From positions 41,478,001 through 41,542,000 of the forward strand of contig NC_043005.1 of NCBI RefSeq assembly GCF_006345805.1: 64,000 nucleotides of DNA, read 5' to 3'. A program made the position numbers and the translations under genes. This stretch comes from Octopus sinensis (lineage: Eukaryota). The notes beneath the pieces were generated by a model. That model had not been told where the DNA came from. It searched no databases and was given only the letters and a program-made list of their open reading frames with translations. Positions within the stretch are counted from its first letter, which is position 1. Every line of letters begins with the position of its first letter. Below, piece after piece: positions 49,021 to 62,520 of this stretch.

Positions 49021-50419
49021 TATATATATATATAAAAGCAATTATGAGGATAAACAAATTAGATACATCAAAAATATTACATATATTGAATATATTAGTT
49101 TGAAATATTTATATATGTTTACAATGTATACATGCAAAACGAGAGAAAGCAAAAGGTGGAGACATTCAGATGAGGAAATTTTAGTATAAATATATGGATA
49201 TTTAGTTTAATAGGTCCAGTTTACATAAAGAACAAACGATAAAGAAAGCGAAAGCGGTGGAAGAAAGGTGTTATAAGTTCGACTGCTGTTTCTGGGGTCT
49301 CGGCGATCCATAAAAATGTTGGTAGATTTAGTTCGTCACACTATGCGGCCGTATGAATGCAAATAACATTGGATAAGTCGAGCCATCGCCATTAGGGTAG
49401 AGAAATATCTCACCTTTCAGGTCTCAATGCAGAGAAGTTCAAAGATGGAATACTTAAATGTGGAGAGCTAGCAGTATTAAAGGAAGGGGCGGTGGGGCTA
49501 TGGGGTGTGTAATAAGACAGTGAATGGTAAGAGAAAAGATAGTTCCAGGAGAGTGAAGGGTTAATAATGAGGGTACTAAGGGAGGTAGTAATAGAGAGTT
49601 GGAAGATGAATAGGTGGGTAGGATAGATAGTATTTGAATGATAGTCAGTTGTGTTGGGTTTGTTGAAGTTTAAGGAGAGTAGCTATAAAATTATGGGAAG
49701 CTGAGATAGTGAGAAAAGAAATTGCAATTATTTGAAGGAAGTTGCAGAGGGAGATCACTAAGGTATGTAGAAAGGCATGAGGGGGAGGTAGACAGAGTGA
49801 GGGTGAGATGGTGGTCAAAATAGCAGTGGTTACTGGAATAATGAATGTGGGTTGGTATTGGAGGGGAAGTACTGAGGTATGCAGAGGTGTATGAAATTGA
49901 ATAGAGGAAGAGACTAGAGAGGAATGGAGGTGATGACAGGTTTGTATCATGAATTTGTATCTGTATAAAATGTATATGTGTACTGTGTGTACGCATGTAT
50001 GTTTGGACACACACACACACACATATATATATACATATACTAACCTGTGTGTGCATGTGTGTGTGTGTGCGTGCGTGTGTGTGTGCTTCTGTGTGCGCAC
50101 GCATCTGAAGTTAAATGTTGAAGATCATTTTAAAAGTTAATAAAAATTGAAACAAGACATAAATGAGGCTGAGCAATTTAAGAAATATAAATATAAAGGA
50201 ACAGCAGAGAGATTTCAAAGAGGTAGATAAAATCGGAATAGCAGGTAAGATTGTTAATTCAAAGAAAAATAAGTTAGAAACTGTTTGAACCAATGTGAAA
50301 ATGGCTTTTTTTTTTGAAATATAATGCACATGCGCGAATGTGTGACATGAATACAAAAATGAAGAGTAAAAGGTTGAGCGAACGTTAAAGAGATTCAATT
50401 AGACAGCGTGTAATATTCT

Positions 50420-50905
50420 TTATTTCTTTACTGCCCACAAGGAGCTACACACAGAGGGGACAAACAAGGACAGACAAAGGGATTAAGTCGATTACATCGA
50501 CCCCAGTACTCAAATAGTGCTTATTTTTATCGATCCCGAAAGGATGAAAGGCAAAGTCGACCTCGGCGGAATTTGAACTCAGAACGTAACGGCAGACGAA
50601 ATACCTATTTCTTTACTACCCACAAGGGGCTAAACATAGAGAGGACAAATAAGGACAGACAAACGGATTAAGTCGATTATATCGACCCCAGTGCATAACT
50701 GGTACTTATTTAATCGACCCCGAAAGGATGAAAGGCAAAGTCGACCTCGGCGGAATTTGAACTCAGAACGTAGCGGCAGACGAAATACCGCTAAGCATTT
50801 CGCCCGGCGTGCTAACAATTCTGCCAGCTCGCCGCCTTAAAGATAGACAAAATACCGCAAAGCATTTTGCGCGACTTGCTAACGATTCTGCCAGCTCGCC
50901 GCCCT
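50420..50905 (-). mobile_element. Composite of nested SINE family A copies bounded by a 17-bp TSD
   Basis: ACAGCGTGTAATATTCT at 50403-50419 and 50906-50922; full inner copy at 50605-50836. Confidence 0.92.
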
Positions 50906-51129
50906 ACAGCGTGTAATATTCTGCTTGGCAGTCAAAACTCACCTATTTATAGTTGTTCGGTTGAAGAGAAGGACTCCAGGATTTGATCCGCATATTCTAT
51001 GTGGAAAGTTTAATTTATGCTGTGATTGGTGTATTATGACCAATGGGATGTCAAGGAGAAAAATATTAGTCATGGACAAGCTGTATGCACAATCATAGTT
51101 TTGAGCTACTTCTAGTGACAAACACTTAG

Positions 51130-51800
51130 TCGTTAAAGGAACGAAACTTCATACAGCATTTTCAAAAGCAATAAAGTGAGAGAGAATAACTCGTACTACT
51201 GGTTATGGCTATAGAAAGTGATACCAAGAGAATGTTCTTGATAGCACAGGAACAAACCTTATAAGTATATTGAATTAAAAAAAAAAAACCATAGATCTGC
51301 AAGACTGCTCCCTCAGAGGCAGAATGTGTGATATTTCAGATAATACCGTGGCTTACATTTTATCCGAATGTCCACAGTTAGCTCAGACTGAATTAAAAAA
51401 AGTATAACTTTGTTGGAACAATAACGGGAAATTTTGCGGGAAATCTGGTTTTGTATGCACAGAAAATAAAGCTATAAATATCGTTAGGATTAGTTATATG
51501 ATCCGTCAAAGCCGATGCAGGTAAACCTAAAGAAGATTTGGATACAACAAACAGGATATTGTAGTCGTCGACAAGAAGAAAAAAAAATATATATAATAAT
51601 TGAGGCTGCATTATTTTTATGACATCAGAATAAAAAAAATAAGAAAAAAAGACAAAAAAGAAACGACTAGAGTATTATACTGATTTCAAGAAGAAATCCT
51701 CGAGTGTTGGAACAGAAAAATTAGAGAGGTTATGAATACTGTCTATTATTATTGGAGCCTAGGCAACAGTGGCAAAAAAAAAAAAAGGAGAACAAAAACC
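51130..51800 (+). mobile_element. RLE-type (R4/Dong-like) non-LTR remnant
   Basis: IAQEQTL, RMCDISDNTVAYILSECPQLAQTE (CCHC), NKQDIVVVDK (PD motif), IIIGA.GTV. Confidence 0.75.
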
Positions 51801-52139
51801 TTTAGAGCAAACCTTGAAAAATTTTATCTTAATCTGGGAGGAGGTACAGAGCGCAAAACATGGTTACAGGGTTCGACAAGAAATATCCGAAAAGTCCTCA
51901 ATACAACGTAAGACCAGGTTCGAAGAGCAAATGAAAGCTTTTATAGAAAAGATACAAAATGCTTCCGATCCTAAACCACAAGTTTATGGTTCGACAGGAA
52001 GAATAATTAACTGGGGAAAAATTTCACCCATTATTCCGTGAAACAAAACAACAGCAACAATAGCAACGACAGCAGCAGTAGAGACAATAACCTGAACAAC
52101 AGCAACAAAAATAGCAACAACAATGATAATGTTGATGAT

Positions 52140-52350
52140 GGTTTCAAATTTTGGCACGAGGTCAGGATTTTGGGGATGGGATAATTCGATTACATCGACC
52201 CCAGTGTTTCACTAGTACATGATTTATCGACCTCGAAAGGACGAGAGACAAAAAAGTCAACCCCGGGGGAAATATGAGCTCAGAACATAAAGACGGTCAA
52301 AATGCCGCTAAGCGTTTTGCTCGGCGCGGTAACGATTCAGCCAGCTCACT
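52140..52350 (-). mobile_element. SINE family A, older copy
   Basis: Degenerate reverse-complement match; followed by (AAT)n at 52357-52430. Confidence 0.75.
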
Positions 52351-52361
52351 CCCTTATAATA

Positions 52362-52410
<49 letters not shown>

Positions 52411-53844
52411 TAATAACAACAACAACAACAATTTTTTTATTAACCACAAAGGGTTTACATTAAAAATTCTTTGGGGTTTGAATAACTCACTTCTAGAAAC
52501 ATGGGAGTTTCGTTCATCATTCTTAAACAAACCTTATGCAAGGACCTTTTGAGCAGGATGGGCTACTCAACCTGAAGAAAATTCTAACTGGGCCCCCACC
52601 TGCAAGATCATGCACTGTTTATCTTGATATAAGTTCACAATGTAGCGCACATATGGTTGTGATAGATGTGCCTGGTGTACCCTTATCAGACGGGTAGTCA
52701 TGATGGGTATATTAGGCTTCATATAATTGTACCCCAATAATAATAATAATGATGATGATGATGATGATATTAGTTTTAAATTTTTTTACCCAAGTCCAAC
52801 TGTAAAAAGATTAACCATTAATCCTAAGAAATTACATACAATATTTTAAATATTTGTTCATTCACAGAGTATAAAGACAGTTTGCTAAAACATACTAACA
52901 TACATAAATATACTGATTTGGTCCGGTGGCAGGACGTCTGTCATGCTTGCTAGAAGTGTGGGTTCGAGTGCGTAGGATATCGTTCGACTTTTTCTATCTA
53001 AAGGACTTTTAACCCCGCCTTTGTATGCTATTATTTATATTTTCTTTCTGCCGTGATCCAGCGTTAAAAAAGAACTGAAATATTCCCGTACTCTCAAAGC
53101 TTGTACAAATCTCGCTGTTAAAAATAAAGTTTCTAAAATAAAGAATAAAGTTTCTAAAATTGAAAGAGAAATTCTGAGGTCCAATGGTGATATACATGTC
53201 AGGTTTTCCGGTTCGAGTACCCCAGACAGCCTCAAACATTTTCTATCCAAAGGGTTTTGAATATTTGTATGTCTTATAAATCTTCGCTGTGCCGCTAATA
53301 GTTTCGATTTGAAAAATCTGCGTCAGTTTCTTTTGTTCTTTCATCGTAAAACCGAATACTTCAAGGTTTTTGTGCATTTTTGTTGGAAAATAACCTGATG
53401 CACGTATTATGATAGGTACAAATCAGAATCCATAGTCAGGCTAGTAGATCTGTAAGTTCTGCAGGTTGTATGTATGTATGTATGTATGTATGTATGTATG
53501 TACGTACGTATGTATGTATGTTTGCATGTCTGTATGTATGTATGTATCTATGCATGCATGTATGCATGTATGCATGCATGTATGTATGTATGTATGTTTG
53601 TACGGATGTATGTATGTATGTATGTATGTATGTATGTATGTACGTACGTATGTATGCATGCATGCATGCATACATGTATGTATGTATGCATTCATGCATT
53701 CATGCATGCACACATATATGTACGTATACATCTATGTATGTATGTATGTATGTATGTATGTATGTATGTATGTATGTATGTATGTATGTATGCACTTTCC
53801 TTTCTCCATATAACATTAAATACATACTAATCTGGCTGCTTAAT

Positions 53845-54060
53845 AAGACGCTGAGCTGGCAGAATCGTTAGCACATTGGACAAAATGCGTATCGGTGTTT
53901 CACCCGTTTTTACATTCTGAGTTCAAGTTGCCCCTTGGTCGACTTTGTCATTTATCCTTTTGGGATTGATAAAATAAGTAGCAGCTGAACACTGGGGTTG
54001 ATGTAATCGACGTACACCAGCCGCCGAACTTCCTGGCCTTGTGCCAAAACTTATAACCAA
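53845..54060 (+). mobile_element. SINE family A
   Basis: GAGCTGGCAGAATCGTTAGC...CTGAGTTCAAG...CTTGTGCCAAAAC. Confidence 0.82.
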
Positions 54061-54164
54061 TATTTTGGCAAATAATATTAAGAATATATACATTACATTT
54101 TTATATTGCTCTCTGTCAGGAAATTAAACTTCTAAGAATAATTCACCTTTCTAGGTTGATTTGC

Positions 54165-54564
54165 TTAACCTTTTGAATGAGCCCATCCTGACATGACCTC
54201 CACCCTGAGTTCCCAGTGAAAATTTGCAAAAAATTTACTTATGATTTATTTTTTATTTATGTGTTACTTTTTTGTTGTTATTTATGATAAATAAACAAAT
54301 AAAATATCTATTTTATGTTGTTTATTTCATTTTCTCACTTGTACCTCCATAACTGAACTTTAGCGCGCAATATATATATATATATATATACTCAAAAATC
54401 TACAATATAATTCTAAAAAATTCTCGAAGCCTCCTCCCGGAAATTCGGCTGTGAATAGATGCCTAAACTGCGATGTAAAACGGTCTTTTATTGGTAAGCA
54501 GTCTAGCGGGTATATGAACTATACGCTCAGGCCGGAAACCGGCCCGGTGGGTTCTAAGGGTTAA
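54165..54564. mobile_element. piggyBac-like MITE with TTAA target duplication
   Basis: TTAA-CCTTTTGAA (54165) ... TTCTAAGGG-TTAA (54564). Confidence 0.65.
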
Positions 54565-55009
54565 GAGAAAATTGTTCGTGTCTTAAAATTCATTATTCAT
54601 TTGTTTTAGCAAATAAACACGAAAGAAAATATTTAGAGGGAAGCAACTCTGTATATGGCTTTGAACGAGTTATTCCTCTTTAGACGTCTTTGTTTAAACT
54701 AAACTTCAGCACGTTTGATAAAATATGTAATTTCATTTCAATCGACTATCCTGTGTTGGGTTTCTCAGCTTATCAGCCAACAAATATTTTGTTTCTAACT
54801 ATGAGGCATAAAAAAAATTTTAGCAGAATTTAATTTATACTAGTTTCAATTGAGCAAACGAATCAAAAGTTCTTTCTTTTTGCAGTAATCTGGCATTCTT
54901 CTATGTGTGTTTGTGTGTTTGTGTGTGTGTGAGTGTGTATGTTTGTGTGAGTGTATGTGTATGCAGATATGTATATATCTATCTATGTATGTATCTATGT
55001 GTGACTTTG

Positions 55010-55330
55010 AGTTTGTCTTTGTCTACCAAGTCATACATATATATATATGGCTCTACGCTTGGAATGACCAAATATAACTACCATTGGAACTCACACACCA
55101 AGTACAAGAAACTTCTTCATTTATATATACCATTCTACTTGAATAATGGAACTACAAATACAATATCCTTATGTATCTCACTTCTACTTTCATTCTCTTC
55201 CCTCTGTATTTCATATTTTCTCTACATTTCCTCGCACCGTCCCTGATGAAGGGATATATAAAATATCCTGGAAACAGCCGTAAGACTTTTTCTTTATAAA
55301 TGATCTGAAAACTATTTGCAGCCTTGGATT
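55010..55330 (+). mobile_element. Penelope-like element 3' end (GIY-YIG tail plus pseudo-LTR)
   Basis: ~55110-55145 resembles a KLL...HFI..YHSTLNN C-terminus, followed by a pyrimidine-rich tract and a hammerhead-like motif. Confidence 0.55.
55239..55286 (+). ncRNA. Minimal type I hammerhead ribozyme-like motif
   Basis: GTCC-CTGATGA-A-GGGATAT-ATAAA-ATATCCT-G-GAAAC-AGCC-GTA-AGAC: both conserved core boxes, 7-bp stem II, C-G/A-U stem III, GUA cleavage triplet, 3 of 4 bp stem I. Confidence 0.7.
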
Positions 55331-55436
55331 TTTTTTTATCTCATTCTGTCAATATATATATATACCGGAGTAAGCACATAAATGTGAAACAAGGTGGAAA
55401 AAAAGAGTACTCAAATACCAGTGGTAGAGTAATATG

Positions 55437-55522
55437 CTTTATTTAAAGCAGCAGAAAATTCTACAAAACCTGTTAGTCTGAGTTTCGCAGGTTTTGTAGA
55501 ATTTTCTGCTGCTTTAAATAAA

Positions 55523-55523
<1 letters not shown>
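55437..55523. repeat. Perfect 36-bp inverted repeat with 15-nt loop
   Basis: CTTTATTTAAAGCAGCAGAAAATTCTACAAAACCTG (55437-55472) and its exact reverse complement (55488-55523). Confidence 0.97.
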
Positions 55524-55621
<98 letters not shown>

Positions 55622-56679
55622 TTAGAGGGCATCAAACATTAAAACAAGGCAAACATCTTAAGTTGTATACCATGTTATTATTGGAAAAATAATAACATTG
55701 TATACGATTTGAGATGTTTGCCTTGCCTTAATGTTTGTTGGCCTCTTTAACAAGGATATATCCGTTGGCTCCATAACTATCGTCCCGGATATAACTTTGG
55801 AGCCCTAGTAATCCGTTACACCACTTACCTAGCATACCTAATCGTTTAGGTCATTTGTGAACTAAACCCATACCCTGTATGTATGTATGTATGTATGTAT
55901 GTATGTATGTATGTATGTATGTATGTATGTATGTATGTACGTATGTACGTATGTATGTATGTATGTATGTATGTATGTATGTATGTATGCATGTATGTAT
56001 GTATGTATGTATGTATGTATGTACGTATGTATGTATGTATGTATGTACGTATGTATGTATGTACGTACGTACGTACGTATGTATGTATGTATGTATGTAT
56101 GTATGTATGTATGTATGTATGTAGTATGTATGTATGTATGTATGTGTGCGTATGTGTGTGTGTGTCTGTGTGTGTAAGACAAAGAAGAAGATGTAGATCA
56201 GTATTTATATTTTCATCTTCCATGTCTCATAAGTTACTCCGTGCCATACTTTCACACGAGTTTTTACCAGTGATATTTACCTGAAGTCCCTGCATCAGCG
56301 GATTTCCTTAGATACCTATTTCGTTTGAGGACATGAGTGCTGCATAGGGAATCCCAACCCAAAATTACGTTACATTACATGCACTGTGCGCGCACACACG
56401 CTCACACACACACATGGATATGCGGCCAGTTAGCATAGACATTAGTGAGTACATATTTCGTTGTATGATAATCATTTTGGCTCTCTGGGCACTGAGTTCA
56501 ATTCGCGCCGTGGTCAACGTTGCTTCTATTGATTTCAAGCTGCTAAATAAAGAAACAGTTCTGTAGTGGGGGTGGATTTTCTCTTAGACGCTTTTTTTTT
56601 TTGGTCCGTGTCTGTCCCTCCTGGAAATAGGTGTATCTGTGGTTAATTGAACCATTCAATTTAAATATGTAGTCTCATC

Positions 56680-57090
56680 ACTTAAATTAAAAGTCCATCT
56701 TCTAAACAACTTGCCAAAAACCATTCGCAAAACTTCACTCTCTATGACAGCGTTTCAAAACACGATGATCCCTTTATGCTTAAATACCTAACTTAAGATT
56801 CGCTTTCTGCACGAATTTACTTGAACTTTAGCAGCAAATTTCTAATACCCTATCTTGCTTCGTGGGACTCGTGGAAGTCAGCGGTCTTCCTGAACGTTTT
56901 CTTTGGACACCCTGAACAATTCCATCTGCTTCAAACTGAACTTTAACTTAAGTGATAGTAAGTTACATAGGTGAATCTGTTTGAAATACCTGTCTCAACT
57001 GCCATTGCACATCGACTGCATTTTCAAACTTCCAGTGTAACTTTAGTAAAAATTTCTTTGTCTTAGACAAAGAAATTTTATACTAAAATG
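56680..57090 (-). mobile_element. Tc1/mariner transposase N-terminal remnant (DUF4817-type HTH)
   Basis: Minus strand FLLKLHWKFENAVDVQ..LRQVFQTDSP..LTI...QFEADGIVQ...RSGRP.TSTS. Confidence 0.6.
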
Positions 57091-57241
57091 AATTGGTTAA
57101 ATTGGTTAAGTCCAAAAAGAAATATAAGGTGACTTATAAGGTGTTACAGCTTGTATACATAGTTTTTAGACACTGCATGCATGCATACATACATACATAC
57201 ATACATACATACATACATACATACATACATACATACATACA

Positions 57242-57272
<31 letters not shown>

Positions 57273-59193
57273 GTGTGTATATATCTATACAGATGTATGT
57301 ATATACGTGTGTATACGTGTGTATACGTATACACGCACACTCACACACGCACACATATATATGTATACAGACACACACACATTCACACACACACACACAA
57401 TATTATACGTATGTATATATGCCTGTATATGGAAATCCATGTAAAAGTAATAATCGTTATTGAAAGAACGTATTAGTATTAACCCTGTTACTCTGTGTTG
57501 CTGCCATAACGGGAATAGGTTAAACGTCATCTCTGCCGGATTCCCAGTGAAGCGGTAATGAATAACACCCGTAGAGAAATACCATCCAGCCGATTCTGTC
57601 CACTAGTTTGCCTGCAATCGTTACACTTGAGCTCTATATGTAACTATTTCTTTGCTTAGGAGCTACCGAAGATAGAGGGACGTGCCCAATAATGATAGAG
57701 ATAAAACAGTAACCATTTGCAGTGGAGGAAAATGGTTTATATATATCATGAGTTAGATGGAAGGGGCCTTGAAGCCAAATTCAATAACTCAGATTTTTGG
57801 TTTAATGCCAATTTGTTTTGATACAGGACAAAACAACGGGCATTTCATGGACTAGCGGTAAGCTTGAAATGGGACGCACCTTCGTGTTTCAACTGCTATA
57901 CATGTTTTGATAAATTTGTTAACAATCTGTTATCTGGGTAACAAAAATAATTTTTGCGAAGGTGAATTCTCGTCTTGAAATTGTTTTCTGCTTCCCTTGA
58001 GTAATATTTTTTTATGCAGTGCTATTATCAACTTAGACTTTAGATCTATATACTAATCCTTTGATCAAGTAATAGCCATGTAAAGGAACAGCTGCTAGAA
58101 TCTATACAATTACATTTAAAGTTATTTTCAATTTCATATGTTTCAGTGACTCTTTTCTTCACATTATGTTGGTTAACCAACAAGACGAAGTTTTCACAAC
58201 AAAAATAGGTAACCTTCAGGGTAGGTCTGTTAAATACCACGATATTAAACTTAAGAAATAGCCAGCTAGATAAATTTTGACATTCATATTGAATGCTGGA
58301 ATAAAACACAAAACCATACTAGCTCGTGTGCTGCGGGATGTCCACGGATTTATTTTCATTGCTGGCGTAAAGGATCTGCTCAGAGAAACCCACTAATTGG
58401 CATGAAGTCACTCAACAACACGCTCCAACATCTTGCCTAATAGATATATAATATCTTCTGTCAGTCTTTTCTTATGGTATTTTAACAGACTTTATTCCTC
58501 GGAGCTGGCTGCTTTTGTGGCGAACCCATAATCGTCTCTCTTTCTGCCATCGCTCATATTATGTTCACTTCCTGGTAAACATAAATCACCACGCCCCTAA
58601 AAGGAGGCCATCTGATATTTCCTTCCTGTGGTTATCAATATGCAGATATTAAAGCCAAGCGTTAACCACGTCACTCTCACAGGTCTCGGGTGGTTCTCGG
58701 GTCCTTAAATATCCACCTTTCTCCACAGAATTAAAAAATAAGAGCAATTCAAGAAATATAGGGCAAATAAAAGGAGATTTAAATAGAGAGTCATATAAAA
58801 AGAGAAAAAACAGAATAAAAAAATTAAGAAAAATAAAAACTGGGGCAAGTCATCATTGAGAGTAAATAATAATTTCTAACATTGTTACAAAGTCTTGGGG
58901 CAACTTAGTTAATTATATGGAACTCAGTATTAGGCTGTAACTTCATTTTATCGATCCCTAACAATCAACCTGACCTAACTTGCCACGGCAGAAGTTGAAC
59001 TCAGAACATAAAAGACTTATATAACATCGTATTAAATGTCCTATAGATATTTGAGGAAATGTTGACTAAATGAAGGGGAGGTAACAGTGAAAGAGTCGCT
59101 TCCCTTTAGTTATTCAAATCTCGTTGCCTTCTTCACTGGTTTCCTTGATCCCCAACAACACACACACACATACATACACGCACACATATACGC

Positions 59194-59224
<31 letters not shown>

Positions 59225-59452
59225 TGTATGTATGTATGTATGTATGTATAAAAATAATAACAGAATCAATAACGCGTGAGTCCAAATACTTAAATACTTG
59301 AGAGATTGTCCTAGCCCGTTTGCTCGCCGACGGTTGATTTCTGTAATTATCACCATTTTTTTTTCGGTGATATAGATAAGAGTTTTGACTATTAATTCCA
59401 GCAGCTAGACATACTTAGTATGTCCTTTCATTAATTTTAATCCTTCAGCTAT

Positions 59453-59488
<36 letters not shown>

Positions 59489-59500
59489 TTATACCACCTG

Positions 59501-60779
59501 TATACGAGGATGGGCTGAAATGTTCATAGGTTGACTATGAAAGAGTGATGCTAGCGCTGTGAAATCTTGCATGCATTCATTTGAACCCTTCTTGTTAATA
59601 ACTGCATTGTTTTTATCAGTTAAACTGTTTTCTGACTGTTCATAGAAGACTTCAAATGTAGCTAGTAGCAACTTCTCTTGAAAGTGGACAAAATTTTGCA
59701 TCATGCAGAAAAAGAGTTTAGCACCCAAGAATATACATACTGACATTGTTGCTATATTAGGGGATGACGATGCAGCTTTATCAACAGCTCAAAAATGGGT
59801 AGCTGAATTTAAGAAGACAAGAGAGTGTCTTAAAGATGGCCCGTGGTCAGGAGATCATGCAACTGCTACCACCGAGGAAAACATTGATCAGGTTCACCAC
59901 ATGGTTATGGATAACAGGCGATAAGCTATAAATCAAATAGCCAATGATCTTGGTATATCTCGTGAGGGAGTTGAGAATATTGTGCACAATGAACTTGGCC
60001 TAGCGAAGGTTTCTGCTCGGTGGGTGCCATTTCTTCTGACGTTTGATCAAAAGAGCACCAGGCTGATCACATAACGGGAAAATCTGCCATTATTTGAGGT
60101 AGATCATGCTGGTTTCCTTAAACGTTTCCCATGTTGGCTTCATCACTCTGACCCAGAGGCAATGAGATAATCCATGCAATTTAAACACCCCAACTTACCT
60201 CCTCCAAAGAAGACCAAATTCATTCATCTGCAAGGAAGGTGATGGCCTCAACTTTTCGGTATGTAAAAGGCGTTGTGTTTAATGACTATTTTCAGAAGAG
60301 TCACACCATCAACAGAGAGTACTATGCCAACTTGCTGAGGTAGTCACGAAAGTCTAGCAAGACAAAGCGCTCAGGATAACTGACAAAAAGGGTCTTGTTT
60401 TAATAGGACAATGCTCCAGCACAAAAGTCCTTGCTTTTAATGGTTCCTGCACAAGGCTGTACATGGCAGTGGCTTTGAACTGGTTGAGCACCCTACCTAT
60501 TCTCCCGATTTGGCCCCAACTAACTATCATCTGATCCCCAACATGAAAAGAACACTTGGCTGGGAAGCAATATCGCAGTGAAGATGACACCTTATCTACT
60601 GCTGATGACTTTTTTGACCAACAAGATGAAAGCTTCTGCACGAATGGAATCCAAGCAACACCGATGGAAGAGTGTGCGTGAATTGCAAGGGGGACTATGT
60701 TGAACCATATATCTCATTTGGTCACATTCCATGAGAGTATCTTTGTCAGTATCTATGAACGTTTCAGCTGACGTACGTA
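59501..60779 (+). mobile_element. Near full-length mariner (D34D), pseudogenised
   Basis: TIRs TACGAGGATGGGCTGAAATGTTCATAGG / CTATGAACGTTTCAGCTGACGTACGTA; AQKWVAEFKK HTH, KVSARWVP, QDNAPA, YSPDLAP, GDYVE; many stops. Confidence 0.92.
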
Positions 60780-61386
60780 CATTTCATAGATGCACGCGCA
60801 CGCACACACACATACGTACAGGCACGCGCGCACACACACGCATACACAGACTTACACACAGACTCACACACACACACATAGACACACGTGCGTATACGCG
60901 CACACACAACAAACGTACATAAACACACACAATCATCTGTGTATCATAGTATTTTATGTGTATCACTGAATGGCATGTTGCTGTGGCTTTTGAGTGAGAG
61001 AAAATCTCTCAATAAATGTGTTACAAAATCGAAATATTTTGGAACAATAGTGACTTACAAGAACGATTGGTACATTTCACCCTACTTGGGGCATATGAAT
61101 GATGTGTACTTGCTTATCACACGCTTAAAGGGAATTCGTACTTCGATATACGGGAGACAGAGCGATATTGTAGAAAACTTGCCGAACTGTAAAAATCTCG
61201 GTGCATGTCAATGAAACAGCAATAATATTTTCGTGGAATAGCGATTATGGGTAAATTACTTATTCAGTGTCTGACTTACCTTTGAGTTTTTTTTAGTCTA
61301 AGTTGTTGGACAGAAATTCTTTGAATTTGTCACCCAACTGGCATATATATGTATATATATATATATATATTATATATATATATATA

Positions 61387-61560
61387 TATTGTTATATTTC
61401 GGAATGGTCATATTGCCAGTTTAGCCAATAAAAACACACGAAATAAGATTAAGATTAATGTAAAAAATAAATAACACTGAAGCAAAATAACACCAAACAT
61501 ATAGTGCGTGTGTTTTTATTGGCTAAACTGTCAATATGACCATTCCGAAATATAACAATA
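61387..61560. repeat. Fold-back inverted repeat, 54-bp arms with one mismatch; same family as 20860-21217
   Basis: TATTGTTATATTTCGGAATGGTCATATTG(C/A)CAGTTTAGCCAATAAAAACACACG in both orientations; 66-nt spacer. Confidence 0.93.
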
Positions 61561-61613
61561 TCTGTTCAACACACGACTTCACATAAAAAGTCTTGCACAA
61601 CAAATATTTAAAC

Positions 61614-61662
<49 letters not shown>

Positions 61663-61667
<5 letters not shown>

Positions 61668-62520
61668 TCATCCCATAAGTTCTGTCTGAATTTTTGAATA
61701 AAGGAAACAAATGATCAAATGTTATATTTAATTGAAATTTAATCATTAATGTTCTTTCCCTGATTATCTATGACTTCCTGCCATCTATTTAGAAGATTTT
61801 TAATCCCATCAGTGTAGAACTCATTTGGTTTCAAAGCGAAGAACTTTGAAATGTCAGTTTCGACCTACCCTGGTTTGCGAAAGTTATGCCCCCTCCCAAT
61901 GATTCTGTAAACTATGAAACAAATGGTAGTATGAAGGAGCAAGGTCGGAAGAATAAGGTGGTGAGGAATTTTTTCCCAATCCAGCTCTTTGATCTTCTGT
62001 GATATGATCTTTGCAGTGTGGGGTAGCGCATTGTCCTGATGAAACATCATTCATTTTCGATTCACTGAAGCGGTTCTTTTTTTCTTCAAAGCTCGGTATT
62101 GATTGTTGCTTTGGGTGGTAAAAATTCAAAGTGAATTACTTCTTTGCAATCCCACCAGATAGAGAAAAGAACCTTTTCCCCATGAAGTTCCCTTCTCGGT
62201 TGTGGTTGAGTTTTTTTCCCTTTTACCAAGCCACTGTTTACGACAGTTAACATTTAGATAGAAGATCCATTTTTCGTCACCAGCCACAAGTCTATCCAAA
62301 AAGGGTGAAATGAGTTCGTGAGAATGGGGAGAAGAGCAGATGTCAACTCGGGATTTGCGGTTGCTTTCGGAAAATTCACGAGGCACCCATTTTCCAAGTT
62401 GAGGAACCTTCCCAAGTTGTTGAAGTTGACGATGTACAGTTGTATGGTTTGAACTAAGCTGTGCATCATTTGAGAACTTTTGAAGTTTGCTTACAATCTA
62501 ACTTTGCTTTTCATAGAACT
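61663..62520 (-). mobile_element. mariner (Mos1-like) 3' two-thirds with TIR
   Basis: RLVAGDEKWIFY, MFHQDNALPH, YSSDLAPSYYHLF; terminal CAGATCATCCCATAAGTTCTGTC next to (TA)n. Confidence 0.9.

Noticed and set aside
49270-49320. Minus-strand GAAAC-AGCA-GTC half-site
   Set aside because: No recognisable CUGANGA box upstream.
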